Positions 30,692 to 43,286 are shown, counted from the first letter of the stretch. The stretch: DNA of 64,000 nt from an uncultured Chloroflexia bacterium (GCA_963738685.1 CAVTXK010000002.1:1204809-1268808); one strand, 5' to 3'. The notes: generated from the sequence alone by a model not told the origin. Translations and numbers: made by a program.

Positions 30692-31555
30692 ATGCGGAAG
30701 CGCCTAACTGCCATGCTCGCGACATTCGTCGCGATTGCCGCCTTGGCCGCGCCGGTCAGCGCGATCACCTACAACGCGCAGCCGGACTTCGTGCACGACT
30801 ACGTGGGCCTGGTCGCCTTCTACACGACCCCTGATCCCGAGACCGGCGACCCCTACAGCCACCGCTGTTCGGGCACCCTCATCTCGCCGACCGTGTTCGT
30901 CACGGCCGGGCATTGCACCGACGGCGTCGACGAAGGCCGCATCTACTTCGAGCAGGCCGTCGGCCCGAACTACTCGCCCGACGCGTTCGGCGGGTGGGGT
31001 GGCGACGAGACGACCGGCTTCCCGTACGAGAACGGCCACACCTTCAGCCGCGCCGACAACTACGGCAACAGCGGCTATCCGAATACCAAGGACGTCGGGG
31101 TGATCATCCTCGACGAGCCGTACACGCCCCCGAGCGGCCAGTTCGGCATCCTGCCCGAGGCCGGTCTCATCGACGAGCTCGTGGCTGCGGCCGGTGCCAA
31201 AGGCAAGCAGACGCTCCGGTTCGTGACCAGCGGCTACGGCCTGCTTGACCAGGACCCGGTGCCCGACCCCGGCCGGCGCGAGCGGATGATGGCCGTCGGC
31301 TACCTCATCGAGAACAGCAGCCCGGTCACCGAGTTCAACCTCAAGACCACGAACAACCCGGCCAAGGGCAAGGGCGGCTCGTGCAACGGCGACTCGGGCG
31401 GTCCGGTCTTCGTCGAGGGCACGCGGATCATCGCCGCGGTGGTCTCGTTCGGGATGAACCCGCAGTGCAAGGGCCAGGACTACGGCTACCGGCTCGATCG
31501 GCAGCCGGTGCTCGACTGGATCGCCGACCCGAATCGCGTGGACGTCAACAACTAG
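30692..31555 (+). CDS. secreted S1-family trypsin-like serine protease
   Basis: Signal peptide. Catalytic His in TAGHC and Ser in GDSGGP. Confidence 0.8.
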   Translation: MRKRLTAMLATFVAIAALAAPVSAITYNAQPDFVHDYVGLVAFYTTPDPETGDPYSHRCSGTLISPTVFVTAGHCTDGVDEGRIYFEQAVGPNYSPDAFGGWGGDETTGFPYENGHTFSRADNYGNSGYPNTKDVGVIILDEPYTPPSGQFGILPEAGLIDELVAAAGAKGKQTLRFVTSGYGLLDQDPVPDPGRRERMMAVGYLIENSSPVTEFNLKTTNNPAKGKGGSCNGDSGGPVFVEGTRIIAAVVSFGMNPQCKGQDYGYRLDRQPVLDWIADPNRVDVNN

Positions 31556-31627
31556 AGCGCCGCGGAGCTCGTCTACCGGGCCGGATGGGGCGTCGACCGC
31601 GAGGTCGGCGCCCTTCCTTTTCGCCGG

Positions 31628-32365
31628 TCAGGACTCCAGGTGCCACAGCGCGCGGTAGTAGGCGATCCGCTCGGCGTCGGGCTCGATGCCGTAGGCCTCG
31701 AAGAACTCGGGCTGGTGGCCCTCACCAAAATTCCAGTCGAGGCTCATCGAAGCCACGGCGAGGTCCGCCCATCGGTCGCCGACACCCAGGTCGCCGAAGT
31801 CGACGTTGCCCGACCAAACGCCGTGTTCGGTGATGAGCGTGTTCGGAGCGCAGGCGTCGCCATGCACGAGCACGGGGTCATCGATCGACGGCCGCGGGCC
31901 GAGCGAGGCCGGCTGGCGGCCGACCCAGACCTGGGCGGTCCAGTCGGCCGGGAAGCTGTCGATCGGGATGGCGTGGATGGCCCGCAGCCCGGTCGCGATG
32001 GCGCGAAGCGCCTCGGGGCGCCGTGCGCGCCACGCGTCACCGACGGCCGACTCGCCCGGCAGCGCTTCGGTGAGCAGCCATTGGGCATCGCCCTCGACGT
32101 CGACTCCGTGCTTGACCACGCGCGGCGCGGGATGCCGCGTCGAGAGCCACTCGAGCCGTTCGCGCTCGCGGTCGAGGTCGACCCCGGTCGAACGCGGGTT
32201 CCACTTGAGGTACCGATCGCCGATCCGGAACGTCAGCCCATCGAGCTCGTTGCGCCAGACCAGCTCCGGCTCGCCGTCACCGGCCAGCTCTCTCGCGATC
32301 CGCGGCACGGCCAGTCCGCGCAGCGTGTGCTGAAGCGACAGGTCGGGCGCGTCGGTTCCGGACAT
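31628..32365 (-). CDS. aminoglycoside O-phosphotransferase APH(3')-like kinase
   Basis: HGDACAPNTLI catalytic loop, VDFGDLGVGDRWADLA, and a C-terminal ...IAYYRALWHLES. These closely follow APH(3') family motifs (HGDxxxxN, D.GR.G.ADR..DLA, ...FY.LLDEF). Confidence 0.65.
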   Translation of the reverse strand: MSGTDAPDLSLQHTLRGLAVPRIARELAGDGEPELVWRNELDGLTFRIGDRYLKWNPRSTGVDLDRERERLEWLSTRHPAPRVVKHGVDVEGDAQWLLTEALPGESAVGDAWRARRPEALRAIATGLRAIHAIPIDSFPADWTAQVWVGRQPASLGPRPSIDDPVLVHGDACAPNTLITEHGVWSGNVDFGDLGVGDRWADLAVASMSLDWNFGEGHQPEFFEAYGIEPDAERIAYYRALWHLES

Positions 32366-32384
32366 CCGGTCTGGCGGTGGGCCG

Positions 32385-33200
32385 TTAGCCCGCGGCGCCC
32401 AGCTCGGCGACGGCCCGCGAGGCGCCGCCCTCGATCGGGTCGCCATGACCAACGAGCAGCGTCTCGAACGTCAGGCCGCCTAGCTTGACGATCGATCGCT
32501 TCGCGAGGGCCATGTCGTCGGTGAACTGGGCGCCGGGGAGGGCCGGCTGGCCAGCGTCGGTGCCGAGGGCGTCGCCGGCCACCAGCAGGCCACCGATCGG
32601 GTCGAGGACCGAGATGCTGCCCGGGGTGTGGCCGGGCGTCGTGACGATCCGGAGCCCGAAGACCTCATCCCCGTCGGCGGCGGCGGTCAGCGCGCGCGGC
32701 ACCGGGATGGCGGCGATGTCCTCGGCGCCGGCGTAGGCGAGGGCCTCCGGCGCGCGTTCAAGGATGTCCGGGGCGCTGCCGACGTGGTCACCGTGATGGT
32801 GGGTCAGGATCAGATGACCGACCGCGGTCCAGTCGAGGCCGACATCGGTGAGCGACGTCTCGATCGCGTCGGCGCTGCCGGCGACCCCGGTGTCCACGAT
32901 CGCCGCCTCGCCACCACGGACGAGGATGTAGGCCGAAACGAAGCCGAGATTGACGCGCTCCCATGTGACGGCGTCGCCGGCAGGCGATGGGGGAGCGGCG
33001 GACGACGGCTCGCCCGATGGACCGTTCGAGGCCGAGGCTTCCGGTGAGCTGCCACCGGACGACGAGGCCGCACCGGACCGGCTCGGGCTCGCCTGCGCGG
33101 CGGGACCGCAGCCGGCGACGGACAGGACCGCCAGCGCGAAGGCGCCTCGGCCCAGGTCGGCCAGGAAGGTCCGGCGGTCGATCGGCTGCGGTGCGTACAT
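32385..33200 (-). CDS. MBL-fold metallo-hydrolase, Tat-secreted lipoprotein
   Basis: Tat motif RRTFLADLG plus lipobox VAGCG. THHHGDH zinc motif. 19 nt upstream of the APH-like gene, same strand. Confidence 0.75.
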   Translation of the reverse strand: MYAPQPIDRRTFLADLGRGAFALAVLSVAGCGPAAQASPSRSGAASSSGGSSPEASASNGPSGEPSSAAPPSPAGDAVTWERVNLGFVSAYILVRGGEAAIVDTGVAGSADAIETSLTDVGLDWTAVGHLILTHHHGDHVGSAPDILERAPEALAYAGAEDIAAIPVPRALTAAADGDEVFGLRIVTTPGHTPGSISVLDPIGGLLVAGDALGTDAGQPALPGAQFTDDMALAKRSIVKLGGLTFETLLVGHGDPIEGGASRAVAELGAAG

Positions 33201-33341
33201 CGTTGGGTCCTCCCCGCGATCCTGCGCTCGGGCTAGGGTGGCATACGTCTCGATCCGAGGGGCGGATGTGGCACGGTGTGATCGCCACCGGCGCGCCGAG
33301 GCCTATGCTGCGTGTCCGAGCACGCGACGGAGAGATGGCTC

Positions 33342-33806
33342 ATGTCCCAGAAGCCCGCGAAATCCCCACGCCTCCCACCGCGTTGGTTCGTTCGCCTCGC
33401 CTGGATCGTGCACCGCGCCATCCATCGACTGACCGGCGGTCGGCGCGGACTCTGGCCGCCCCGCCCGGGCAAGTGGGGAGCGATGCGGCTGACGACGGTC
33501 GGGCGCCGCACGGGTCAGGAGCGAAGCGCGATCCTGGGGTACTACGAGGATGGGCCGAACCTCGTGACCATGGCGATGAACGGCTGGGCCGAAGCCGAGC
33601 CGGCGTGGTGGCTCAACCTCCAGGCGCAACCGGACGTGACGGTCGAGCTGAAGACCGGAAGCCGCTCCGTCCGCGGTCGGGCGGCCGAGGGCGAGGAACG
33701 CGAGCGCCTGTGGGCGAGGTTCGCCGAGTTCGGTGACGACGTCGACGGCTACGCCACCCGACGCTCCCATACGGCGGTCGTCGTGCTGGAGCCGCGGGCG
33801 GACTGA
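33342..33806 (+). CDS. nitroreductase-family deazaflavin-dependent oxidoreductase (DUF385)
   Basis: MRLTTVGRRTGQERSAILGYYEDGPNLVTMAMNGW...RERLWARF is the DUF385 signature. Confidence 0.7.
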   Translation: MSQKPAKSPRLPPRWFVRLAWIVHRAIHRLTGGRRGLWPPRPGKWGAMRLTTVGRRTGQERSAILGYYEDGPNLVTMAMNGWAEAEPAWWLNLQAQPDVTVELKTGSRSVRGRAAEGEERERLWARFAEFGDDVDGYATRRSHTAVVVLEPRAD

Positions 33807-33935
33807 GCCCGGGCGGACTGAGCCCGGTCCCGCGATGCCCGGCGGCATCATCGGTCGACCGATGAGTTTCGCCGCGCGCCGGCGTTACACCTCCAGATCG
33901 GCCATTCGGACCGGTCACCGATGGAGGCACGAACC

Positions 33936-34385
33936 ATGGACTGGACGCTCGAACTCGTGGTGGTCCCCGTCACCGACGTCGACCGCGCCAAGGACTTCTA
34001 CATCAACAAGGCGGGCTTCAGCCTGCTCGTCGACTCGCAGATGGGCCCGGACTTCCGCGTCGTGCAGCTCGTCCCGCCCGGGTCCGCCTGCGCGATCGCG
34101 ATCGGGACGGGGATCGGCTCGATGCCGCCGGGTTCGCTCCACGGGCTGCATCTGTGCGTCAGCGACATCGAGGTCGCGCGCGACGAACTCGTGAGCCGCG
34201 GTGTCGAGGTCAGCGACACCTTCCACTTCGGCGAGGCCGGCCAGACGCCCGGTGTCGATCCCGAGCGGCGCAGCTACGCGACGTTCATGCCGTTCCAGGA
34301 TCCCGACGGCAACACCTGGCTCGTCCAGGAGGTCAAGCGCGACTGGAAGGTCATCGAGGTCAAGATCGACGAGGCCGCCGCGTGA
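33936..34385 (+). CDS. VOC family protein
   Basis: MDWTLELVVVPVTDVDRAKDFYINKAGF... GGAGG RBS. Confidence 0.65.
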   Translation: MDWTLELVVVPVTDVDRAKDFYINKAGFSLLVDSQMGPDFRVVQLVPPGSACAIAIGTGIGSMPPGSLHGLHLCVSDIEVARDELVSRGVEVSDTFHFGEAGQTPGVDPERRSYATFMPFQDPDGNTWLVQEVKRDWKVIEVKIDEAAA

Positions 34386-34478
34386 CCAACGTGCTCGACG
34401 CCACCTGATGACCGCTCCTTGTTGCCGGGACCATCGACCCATGGGGCGCAAGGCTCGGGGGTGCCTATGCTCGACTAG

Positions 34479-35289
34479 ATGTCCGACGTGCCCCCGAGCC
34501 TTCTGCGCCGTTTCGCCTCCGTGGCCCGCGGAACGCTGGCGCTCGTCTTCCTGATCGGCGTCGGGATGGTCGTCGGTGGGCTCGGCAGCCGGACCGTCGA
34601 GCCGGAGGCATCGACACCCTCGCCTTCGACGGGGGCGGTCGGGGCCGTGGCGATCCGACCGGTCGCCCCGCTCGAGTCGCCGACCGACGAGCCCTCCCCG
34701 AGCCCCACGGCGGAACCGAGCCCGGATCCCACGCCCGAACCGACGCCCGAACCAACGCCCGAACCAACGCCGGACCCGACGCCAGAACCGCCGGCGCCGA
34801 CCACGGACCCGACGGCCAAGCCCACACCCAAGCCCACGCCCAGGCCGACCCCCAAGCCGACGCCGAAGCCCACGCCAAGACCGACGCACGATCCGACGCC
34901 GGAGGGCACGCCCAAGATCACCACGAAGTCAGGCTCGTTCGGCCAGACGCTGAAGGTCCAGGGGATCGACGTTCGGGTCGCCAAGACCGCTCCACGCGAG
35001 GGTGCGCTCAAGTGCGTGACCGATGACCCCGATCGCCAGGGCTGGACTGAGGTCGTCAGCTACGAACTCTCGATGACCTGGCCAGATGCCGGCGACGCCG
35101 AGGAGCCCTGGTTCGCGGTCGGCTCCGAAGCCCTGGAACGTCCTCCAGTTCGACGGCCCGTCGCCGTTCAAGAGCGGGTCCGACTACGTCGTGACGACCT
35201 GCAAGCGCCCGACCGACTCGGACAAGGTGATGGTCGAGATCTCCCCGCCCGGCAGCCCGATCATCTACTACCGCTGGTACTTCGACTGA
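34479..35289 (+). pseudogene. membrane-anchored protein with a Pro/Thr-rich linker and a C-terminal beta-rich domain; frameshift near 35130
   Basis: TM (LALVFLIGVGMVVGGL), then a PTPEPTPEP / PTPKPTPRP linker, then a domain ending ...VMVEISPPGSPIIYYRWYFD in ORF 35086..35289. Confidence 0.45.
34730..34890 (+). repeat. tandem 6/9-nt coding repeats (CCGACGCCNGAA / CCCAAGCCCACG) encoding the PTPEPT/PTPKPT linker
   Basis: Read directly in the sequence. Confidence 0.5.
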
Positions 35290-35939
35290 TCCTGCGGGTA
35301 TCTGCCCGCGATCGATCCGTCGACGACTCCCTGCACAAGTCCGACGAGGACGGCCACGACCTGGTCGTCGGGCAGGCCGCCGCCGGCCAGGGATCGCCAC
35401 GTCGTGAAGGCGAGGGCGTGGCCCACGACGGCCGCAAGGGTCGGCCGGCGGTCCGGCTCGATCGCCCAGCCGTCCATCAGCGCGTCGTGCAGCGCGACCA
35501 TCCGCACTTCGAACGGGTCCGGCGTCGTCGGTGGCGGCGCGCTCGGGTCGATGTCGAAGAGGACGTTGCCGAGCATCTGTTCGTTCGCCCGGTACCAGGC
35601 GACCATCTCGGTCAGGCCATGTCGCAGTCGATCCAGCGGGTCGGCGATCGTCCGCCAACCCTCCGGCTCCGGCATGCCGGTCGAGCGGATCCCGTGGACG
35701 GTGCACGCCTCGTAGAGCGAGTCGAGCTCGGGGAAGTGCGCGTAGACCGTGTGCCGCTGGAGGCCGGCGCGGTCCGCGATGGCGCGGATCGTCGTGCGCG
35801 ATGGGCCGATCGTCGCGTGGAGGTCGAACGTCGCCGCGACGATGCGCTCGCGCGTCTGCTCGACCGCGGTCTGGCGGCGGCCCATCCGGTACGGCCGCCG
35901 AGCCGTTGGGGATCGTTCGCGTTTCGTCTGCTCAGCCAT
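35268..35939 (-). CDS. TetR/AcrR family transcriptional regulator
   Basis: TetR HTH (TRERIVAATFDLHATIGPSRTTIRAIADRAGLQRHTVYAHF). Divergent to the cupin gene. Confidence 0.8.
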   Translation of the reverse strand: MAEQTKRERSPTARRPYRMGRRQTAVEQTRERIVAATFDLHATIGPSRTTIRAIADRAGLQRHTVYAHFPELDSLYEACTVHGIRSTGMPEPEGWRTIADPLDRLRHGLTEMVAWYRANEQMLGNVLFDIDPSAPPPTTPDPFEVRMVALHDALMDGWAIEPDRRPTLAAVVGHALAFTTWRSLAGGGLPDDQVVAVLVGLVQGVVDGSIAGRYPQDQSKYQR

Positions 35940-36035
35940 GTGCATCGAAAGTATTGACCACGATGGTCGCCGGCGCTATGGTCCGCCCAACATGATTGCA
36001 CAACGATGTGCAGCGAAATGTCTGGAGGCGCGGAG

Positions 36036-36539
36036 ATGACGGTCGTCGAGCGAACGCGATACCTGGTCGAGCCCGGGGCGGGGGAGCTGATCTGGGACGG
36101 ACCCATCGATACGACGGTGAAGGTGCCGACGGAGACCACGCTCGGAGCCCTGTCGATCACGGAGATGGCCGTCAAGCCCGGCTACATGGTCCCGCCCCAC
36201 ACGCACCGCGACACGGACGAGTGGTCGTACGTGCTCCACGGCCGCATCGGTGCGCGCGTCGGGGACGACGAGTTCACCGCCGAGCCCGGCAGCTGGATCC
36301 TCAAGCCGCGCGGCCTGATGCACACCTTCTGGAACGCCGGCCCGGAGCCGGCCCGCATCATCGAACTGCTGACCCCAGGCGCCTTCGAGCACATGTTCCG
36401 CCGGATGGCCGACCTCGCCGCCCGCGACGAGATGACCGACGAGCGCCTGGACGCGCTCGCCGTCGAGTTCGGCACGACGATCGACATGGCCTGGGTGCCG
36501 GACCTGGCGGCCCGCTACGGCGTCGAGGTCACGCTCTAG
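36036..36539 (+). CDS. cupin domain protein
   Basis: PPHTHRDTDEWSYVLHGRIGARVG...KPRGLMHTF. GGAGG RBS. Confidence 0.65.
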   Translation: MTVVERTRYLVEPGAGELIWDGPIDTTVKVPTETTLGALSITEMAVKPGYMVPPHTHRDTDEWSYVLHGRIGARVGDDEFTAEPGSWILKPRGLMHTFWNAGPEPARIIELLTPGAFEHMFRRMADLAARDEMTDERLDALAVEFGTTIDMAWVPDLAARYGVEVTL

Positions 36540-36569
36540 GTGATCGAATTCGACCCCGCTTGCGTCCGG

Positions 36570-38408
36570 TCATTGCCCCGATTGGTGCCGACGAGACTTA
36601 TCGGGAAGCGTGGCGGCTGCCTCACCTGGAGTTGCCGCGGCGACTCGCGTGCCCGTCTCCTCCGGAACTTCGCCAACCGTTTCGTCGTGATCAAAAGATC
36701 GTTCAAACATGTACCGGACGAAGTCCTTCGACTTCGCAATCTTGTCCTCATCATCGCCAGTCGATGCAACGTAGTCGACCACGTACGTCCTCAGGCGGGT
36801 AAGGGCATCGGTTAGCGCCTGCTCAGTTGGCAGTACGCCCAAGATTGGCCGCAACTGGGACGGGTGATACACGCGCTGTCCTATCGCCTGGGCGACCACC
36901 AATGTCGCCAAGTGGAATCTCAAATTCGTGCGTTCCTGTGGCGCGGCCCCTCCGGCGGCTGATCGCAGGTAGTCGTCGACGGCCCGCTGAACCTGGATTG
37001 CAAACAAATACAGGTCTACTGGCGTGTCTGGGTCAAAGAGACGCTTGTACTCGTCGTCGTCCTTGATGATTGACGACGGACGTGCTCTTGAGTTGTCTGG
37101 TTGGCTGAAGCCAATTGCCATGATTGACTGGGCGAGAAACGGAATAGTCACAATTCGATCGAGCGGCTTGCCGAGATTTTTGTAGTAGTTCTTGCGCCTG
37201 TCATAGAACCATCCGTGCCCGTGCAGGTAGAGCTCGAGGTTCCGTTGGATTGGATCCGTAGCGCGCAGTGACGCCGTAGGAACTGCGGTCTGACTGTTTG
37301 TGGCCCGGATGACACGGTCCCGTGTCGCCAAATCATCGGTGACGATCACCCGGACAAGGATCGACCCATCGGTCGAAACAGCAGACGCCTGCCCGCGAAG
37401 GAAGTTGAAGGCCGTCACCGACGTCTGGAGACCGTTGACAATTTGGACGTCGTCCAAATTGAAGACACGCCCCGAAATCGTCGCTTGTGAACAAATCACA
37501 GTTACGCCGTTGTTGAGCCACCAGAATTCTGGCGAGTCGGGATCAGCTAGCGTCTTGACGATTTCCTGGTTGACTTCGACCGCTCCCTCGTAGTCGCGCA
37601 CGTTCCAATCGAAGATGTATCGACGGAGCTCACCTTGCTCGTCGGTCAGGAAGTCCACGTACTTCTCTAATGGGACTATCGCGACGTGGCTCCGGCCGTC
37701 TGTCGCGTTGGCAGAGAACTCCAGAGTCAGCGAGTAGCTCCGTTGCCGGCTGTTTAGCTCCAGCAAGTCTCGGGCGCCCACCAGGTGGACGAACCCTTCG
37801 GCTTGAAACGCCTTGTCCGCGACCATCGCGGCCAGCTGATCCGCGCGAACCGTGATTTTGGGGTCAGCGTCCGCAGGGTCGCCCAGCGATGCATACCAAA
37901 AGTGCACGGAGATACGCGGGTGGCGGGACGCGAGCGTGGCGTAGGCCTTTCGCAGGCGAAGCACTTTCTCAACGACCGCGTCCGAAAAGACGGAGCGAAG
38001 CTCATCTTCGTCGTGCTCTAGACCGAGAATGAGTTCTACAGTCGACGTCGCCTTCTGAACGGCCGCTTCCTCGAAGCCGGCGCTCTTCTTCGCCTGCACG
38101 AGGTGGATGTCCAAGGACGCGCCACGCCGGATCTTGCCTGGATCGAACGCATCCTGGACGACCGGCGTGTCATTCAGGACAGCGTTCCCGTCAAGGATCA
38201 CGTAGATACCGTCAAGGCCACCGTCATTTCCGCCGCCAACGTGTCCATCGAAGATCTCCTCGTCGGACAGATCGAGAGGCTTAAGGACCTGCTCGCACGC
38301 GAAGAGCTCAAAGGCGGTGTCAGCCTCGGGTGAGCTGAGGGTCCCACTTCGCTCTCCAAGGACGATGTCCAACACCGCAGCATCGTTACGGCCGCTTGCG
38401 GTGGGCAT
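36570..38408 (-). CDS. AIPR-like abortive-infection family protein (N-terminal Mrr-like PD-(D/E)xK motif GGGNDGGLDG...LVQAKK; central NNGVTVIC...QIVNGLQTS motif); horizontally acquired
   Basis: 612 aa, intact. GAGGAGG RBS. GC content about 55% against about 72% in the flanks. The domain assignment comes from motif recognition, not a database search. Confidence 0.45.
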   Translation of the reverse strand: MPTASGRNDAAVLDIVLGERSGTLSSPEADTAFELFACEQVLKPLDLSDEEIFDGHVGGGNDGGLDGIYVILDGNAVLNDTPVVQDAFDPGKIRRGASLDIHLVQAKKSAGFEEAAVQKATSTVELILGLEHDEDELRSVFSDAVVEKVLRLRKAYATLASRHPRISVHFWYASLGDPADADPKITVRADQLAAMVADKAFQAEGFVHLVGARDLLELNSRQRSYSLTLEFSANATDGRSHVAIVPLEKYVDFLTDEQGELRRYIFDWNVRDYEGAVEVNQEIVKTLADPDSPEFWWLNNGVTVICSQATISGRVFNLDDVQIVNGLQTSVTAFNFLRGQASAVSTDGSILVRVIVTDDLATRDRVIRATNSQTAVPTASLRATDPIQRNLELYLHGHGWFYDRRKNYYKNLGKPLDRIVTIPFLAQSIMAIGFSQPDNSRARPSSIIKDDDEYKRLFDPDTPVDLYLFAIQVQRAVDDYLRSAAGGAAPQERTNLRFHLATLVVAQAIGQRVYHPSQLRPILGVLPTEQALTDALTRLRTYVVDYVASTGDDEDKIAKSKDFVRYMFERSFDHDETVGEVPEETGTRVAAATPGEAAATLPDKSRRHQSGQ

Positions 38409-38444
38409 CTCAACCTCCTCGTCGAACCGGCAGTGGCGGCCGCG

Positions 38445-38482
38445 GAAGCGAAACTACTCCCTCGCTGCGGAGGGAGTAGTTG
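38445..38482 (-). terminator. hairpin ACTACTCCCTC-gctgcg-GAGGGAGTAGT followed on the minus strand by TTTCGCTTCC, immediately downstream of the nrdJ stop
   Basis: Perfect 11-bp inverted repeat read in the sequence, 20-50 nt after the nrdJ stop at 38502. Confidence 0.5.
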
Positions 38483-38501
38483 TCAATTGCCGCGCCGCAG
38501 C

Positions 38502-41588
<3,087 letters not shown>

Positions 41589-41800
41589 CTGGTGCTCCCT
41601 CCCGTTTCCGTTCTCGTTTGTTTGTTTCTGCCCATTCGCGGTAGCTGCCGCGCGGTCCGTGTCGTTGCCTGGCCTGGGCCTCTGGGGGCTGCCTTCCGGG
41701 ATCGGCGGACACTGCCGAGGGCGGGGCGGTCGAGGCTGTTCGGTCGAGTGTGCGACCCCAAGAACGATACGCCGATGGGGGGCGGTCGTCAAGGGTAAAA

Positions 41801-41848
41801 CACAAGATGTAGTGGTTACTTTTTGTCGTGTACCGCTAGATGTGGTGG
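41801..41848 (-). promoter_or_regulatory. two NrdR boxes (ACACAAGATGTAGTGG and CCGCTAGATGTGGTGG, start-to-start spacing 32 bp) about 215-260 nt upstream of nrdJ
   Basis: Match to the NrdR-box consensus acaCwAtATaTwGtgt with the tandem arrangement three helical turns apart. Confidence 0.55.
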
Positions 41849-42018
41849 TTTGGGCGGTTTCGTGCTCATCCACGCTCGGGGCTGTGTTGTCCACGCTGGG
41901 GGTGGGGGTTTCCACTTGGGTTGCGTGGCTTGTCCACGGGGCGTGGTGGGGTTGTGCACAGGGTACCAACACGAACGGGTGTTCGGTTTGTGGCCGGATG
42001 CCTCGGGGGCCCGGGCGA

Positions 42019-42987
42019 CTACTCCGCCAGCGGCCGTCCGGATCGCACGGCCTCGACGACACGGAGGATGGCCGCCGTGACCACGCCGGCATCGTCACGT
42101 TGCGCGAGCAGGCCTTCGTGGTAGGCGCCGTGGACGGTGACGTGCTGGCTCTGGGTCGACAGTGCCGGCAGTTCCGCCTGCAGCGCGGTCAGCTTGTCGG
42201 CCATCCTCGGTTGCACGGTCACGCTCAGGACGATGACGGGCCGATCGCCCAGCCCGGGAGCGTCGTTGACCAGGGGTCGCGTTCGATCGTCCCATGCCAG
42301 GGCGGCGTCGCCGGCAGTCGATAGCGCGCGCGGGGTCCTGCCGAGGGCCATGAGTTCGGCGTGCGCTCGGGGCGGCAGGCCGTCGGCGAGCAACCGGTAC
42401 TCCTTGTCGTAGAGCCGGAAGAGGCCCAGCCGCGCCACGACGCTCGAGACCTTGTTGCCGTAGCCGAGCACCTTGCTCGAGATGCCGAACCGGACCCACT
42501 GGTCGGGGTGCGAAGCGTCGACCAGGACCATCCCGGCCACCTCGTCGGGATAGAGGGCCGCGAACGCGCGGGCCGCGAGCCCGCCGTAGGAGTGGCCGGC
42601 GAGGACGAATGGGCCTTCGATTCCCAGCCGCCGGAGGGCCGTGTGCAGTTCCCGGGCGCTCTGTCCGGCGTCACGCGGTCCCGGGCCGGGATCGCTCCAG
42701 CCGAGTCCGGCGCGATCGTAGGCGACGACGCGGGTGACCTTGGCTACGTCCGGCTGCACCCACGCCCAGTTGGAGGAGAACGAGACCATCCCGGAATCGA
42801 GGATGACCGTTGGCCGCGCCGTCTCGTCGCCCGTGATGTTGAGATGGAGTCGGTAGCCTCCGACGTCCACGAGCCGCCCTGGCGGCGGGAACCGCCGGCG
42901 CTCCTTCCGTTCGGTCCAGGCCTCGTAGGCCAGGGCGACGATGGCCAGCCCGAGGGTCAGCCGCATGATCCTTAGCAGGTGAGTCAT
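42019..42987 (-). CDS. alpha/beta hydrolase
   Basis: GHSYGG nucleophile elbow. N-terminal TM MTHLLRIMRLTLGLAIVALAY. Confidence 0.75.
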   Translation of the reverse strand: MTHLLRIMRLTLGLAIVALAYEAWTERKERRRFPPPGRLVDVGGYRLHLNITGDETARPTVILDSGMVSFSSNWAWVQPDVAKVTRVVAYDRAGLGWSDPGPGPRDAGQSARELHTALRRLGIEGPFVLAGHSYGGLAARAFAALYPDEVAGMVLVDASHPDQWVRFGISSKVLGYGNKVSSVVARLGLFRLYDKEYRLLADGLPPRAHAELMALGRTPRALSTAGDAALAWDDRTRPLVNDAPGLGDRPVIVLSVTVQPRMADKLTALQAELPALSTQSQHVTVHGAYHEGLLAQRDDAGVVTAAILRVVEAVRSGRPLAE

Positions 42988-43187
42988 CGCGGACACCTTC
43001 CTTTCGGCCTGCTGCGGAAAGTGTCGGGTATCTCTTCGGCTGACGCTCCCGAGGGGGTGGAGGTCGTCGCCCAGCTCGTCCACCGCCGCGGCTCAACTCG
43101 CCGGACCGTTCGAGCCACGCGCCGAGACCGCCGACCCGGGGGTTCCCCTGGTCGGCGGTCTCGCTATGCAGTTGTGGAGCGGCGTAT

Positions 43188-43286
43188 TCAGTTGTCGGGG
43201 TGGCGGTCGGTCTGCGGAGCTGAGGCCACGACGTTCATCGCAAGGATCACCCCGAGTGCCATGATCAGCATCGTCATCGGGTCCAT
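43188..43286 (-). CDS. candidate 32-aa hydrophobic small protein (MDPMTMLIMALGVILAMNVVASAPQTDRHPDN)
   Basis: ATG with GAGGA about 10 nt upstream. Locally lower GC. Below the ORF-track length cutoff. Coordinates are from my own reading. Confidence 0.3.
   Translation of the reverse strand: MDPMTMLIMALGVILAMNVVASAPQTDRHPDN

Noticed and set aside
41589-42018. Cobalamin riboswitch upstream of the B12-dependent RNR
   Set aside because: B12 riboswitches repress B12-independent isozymes, not nrdJ. The leader instead carries NrdR boxes and I see no B12-box-like motif.
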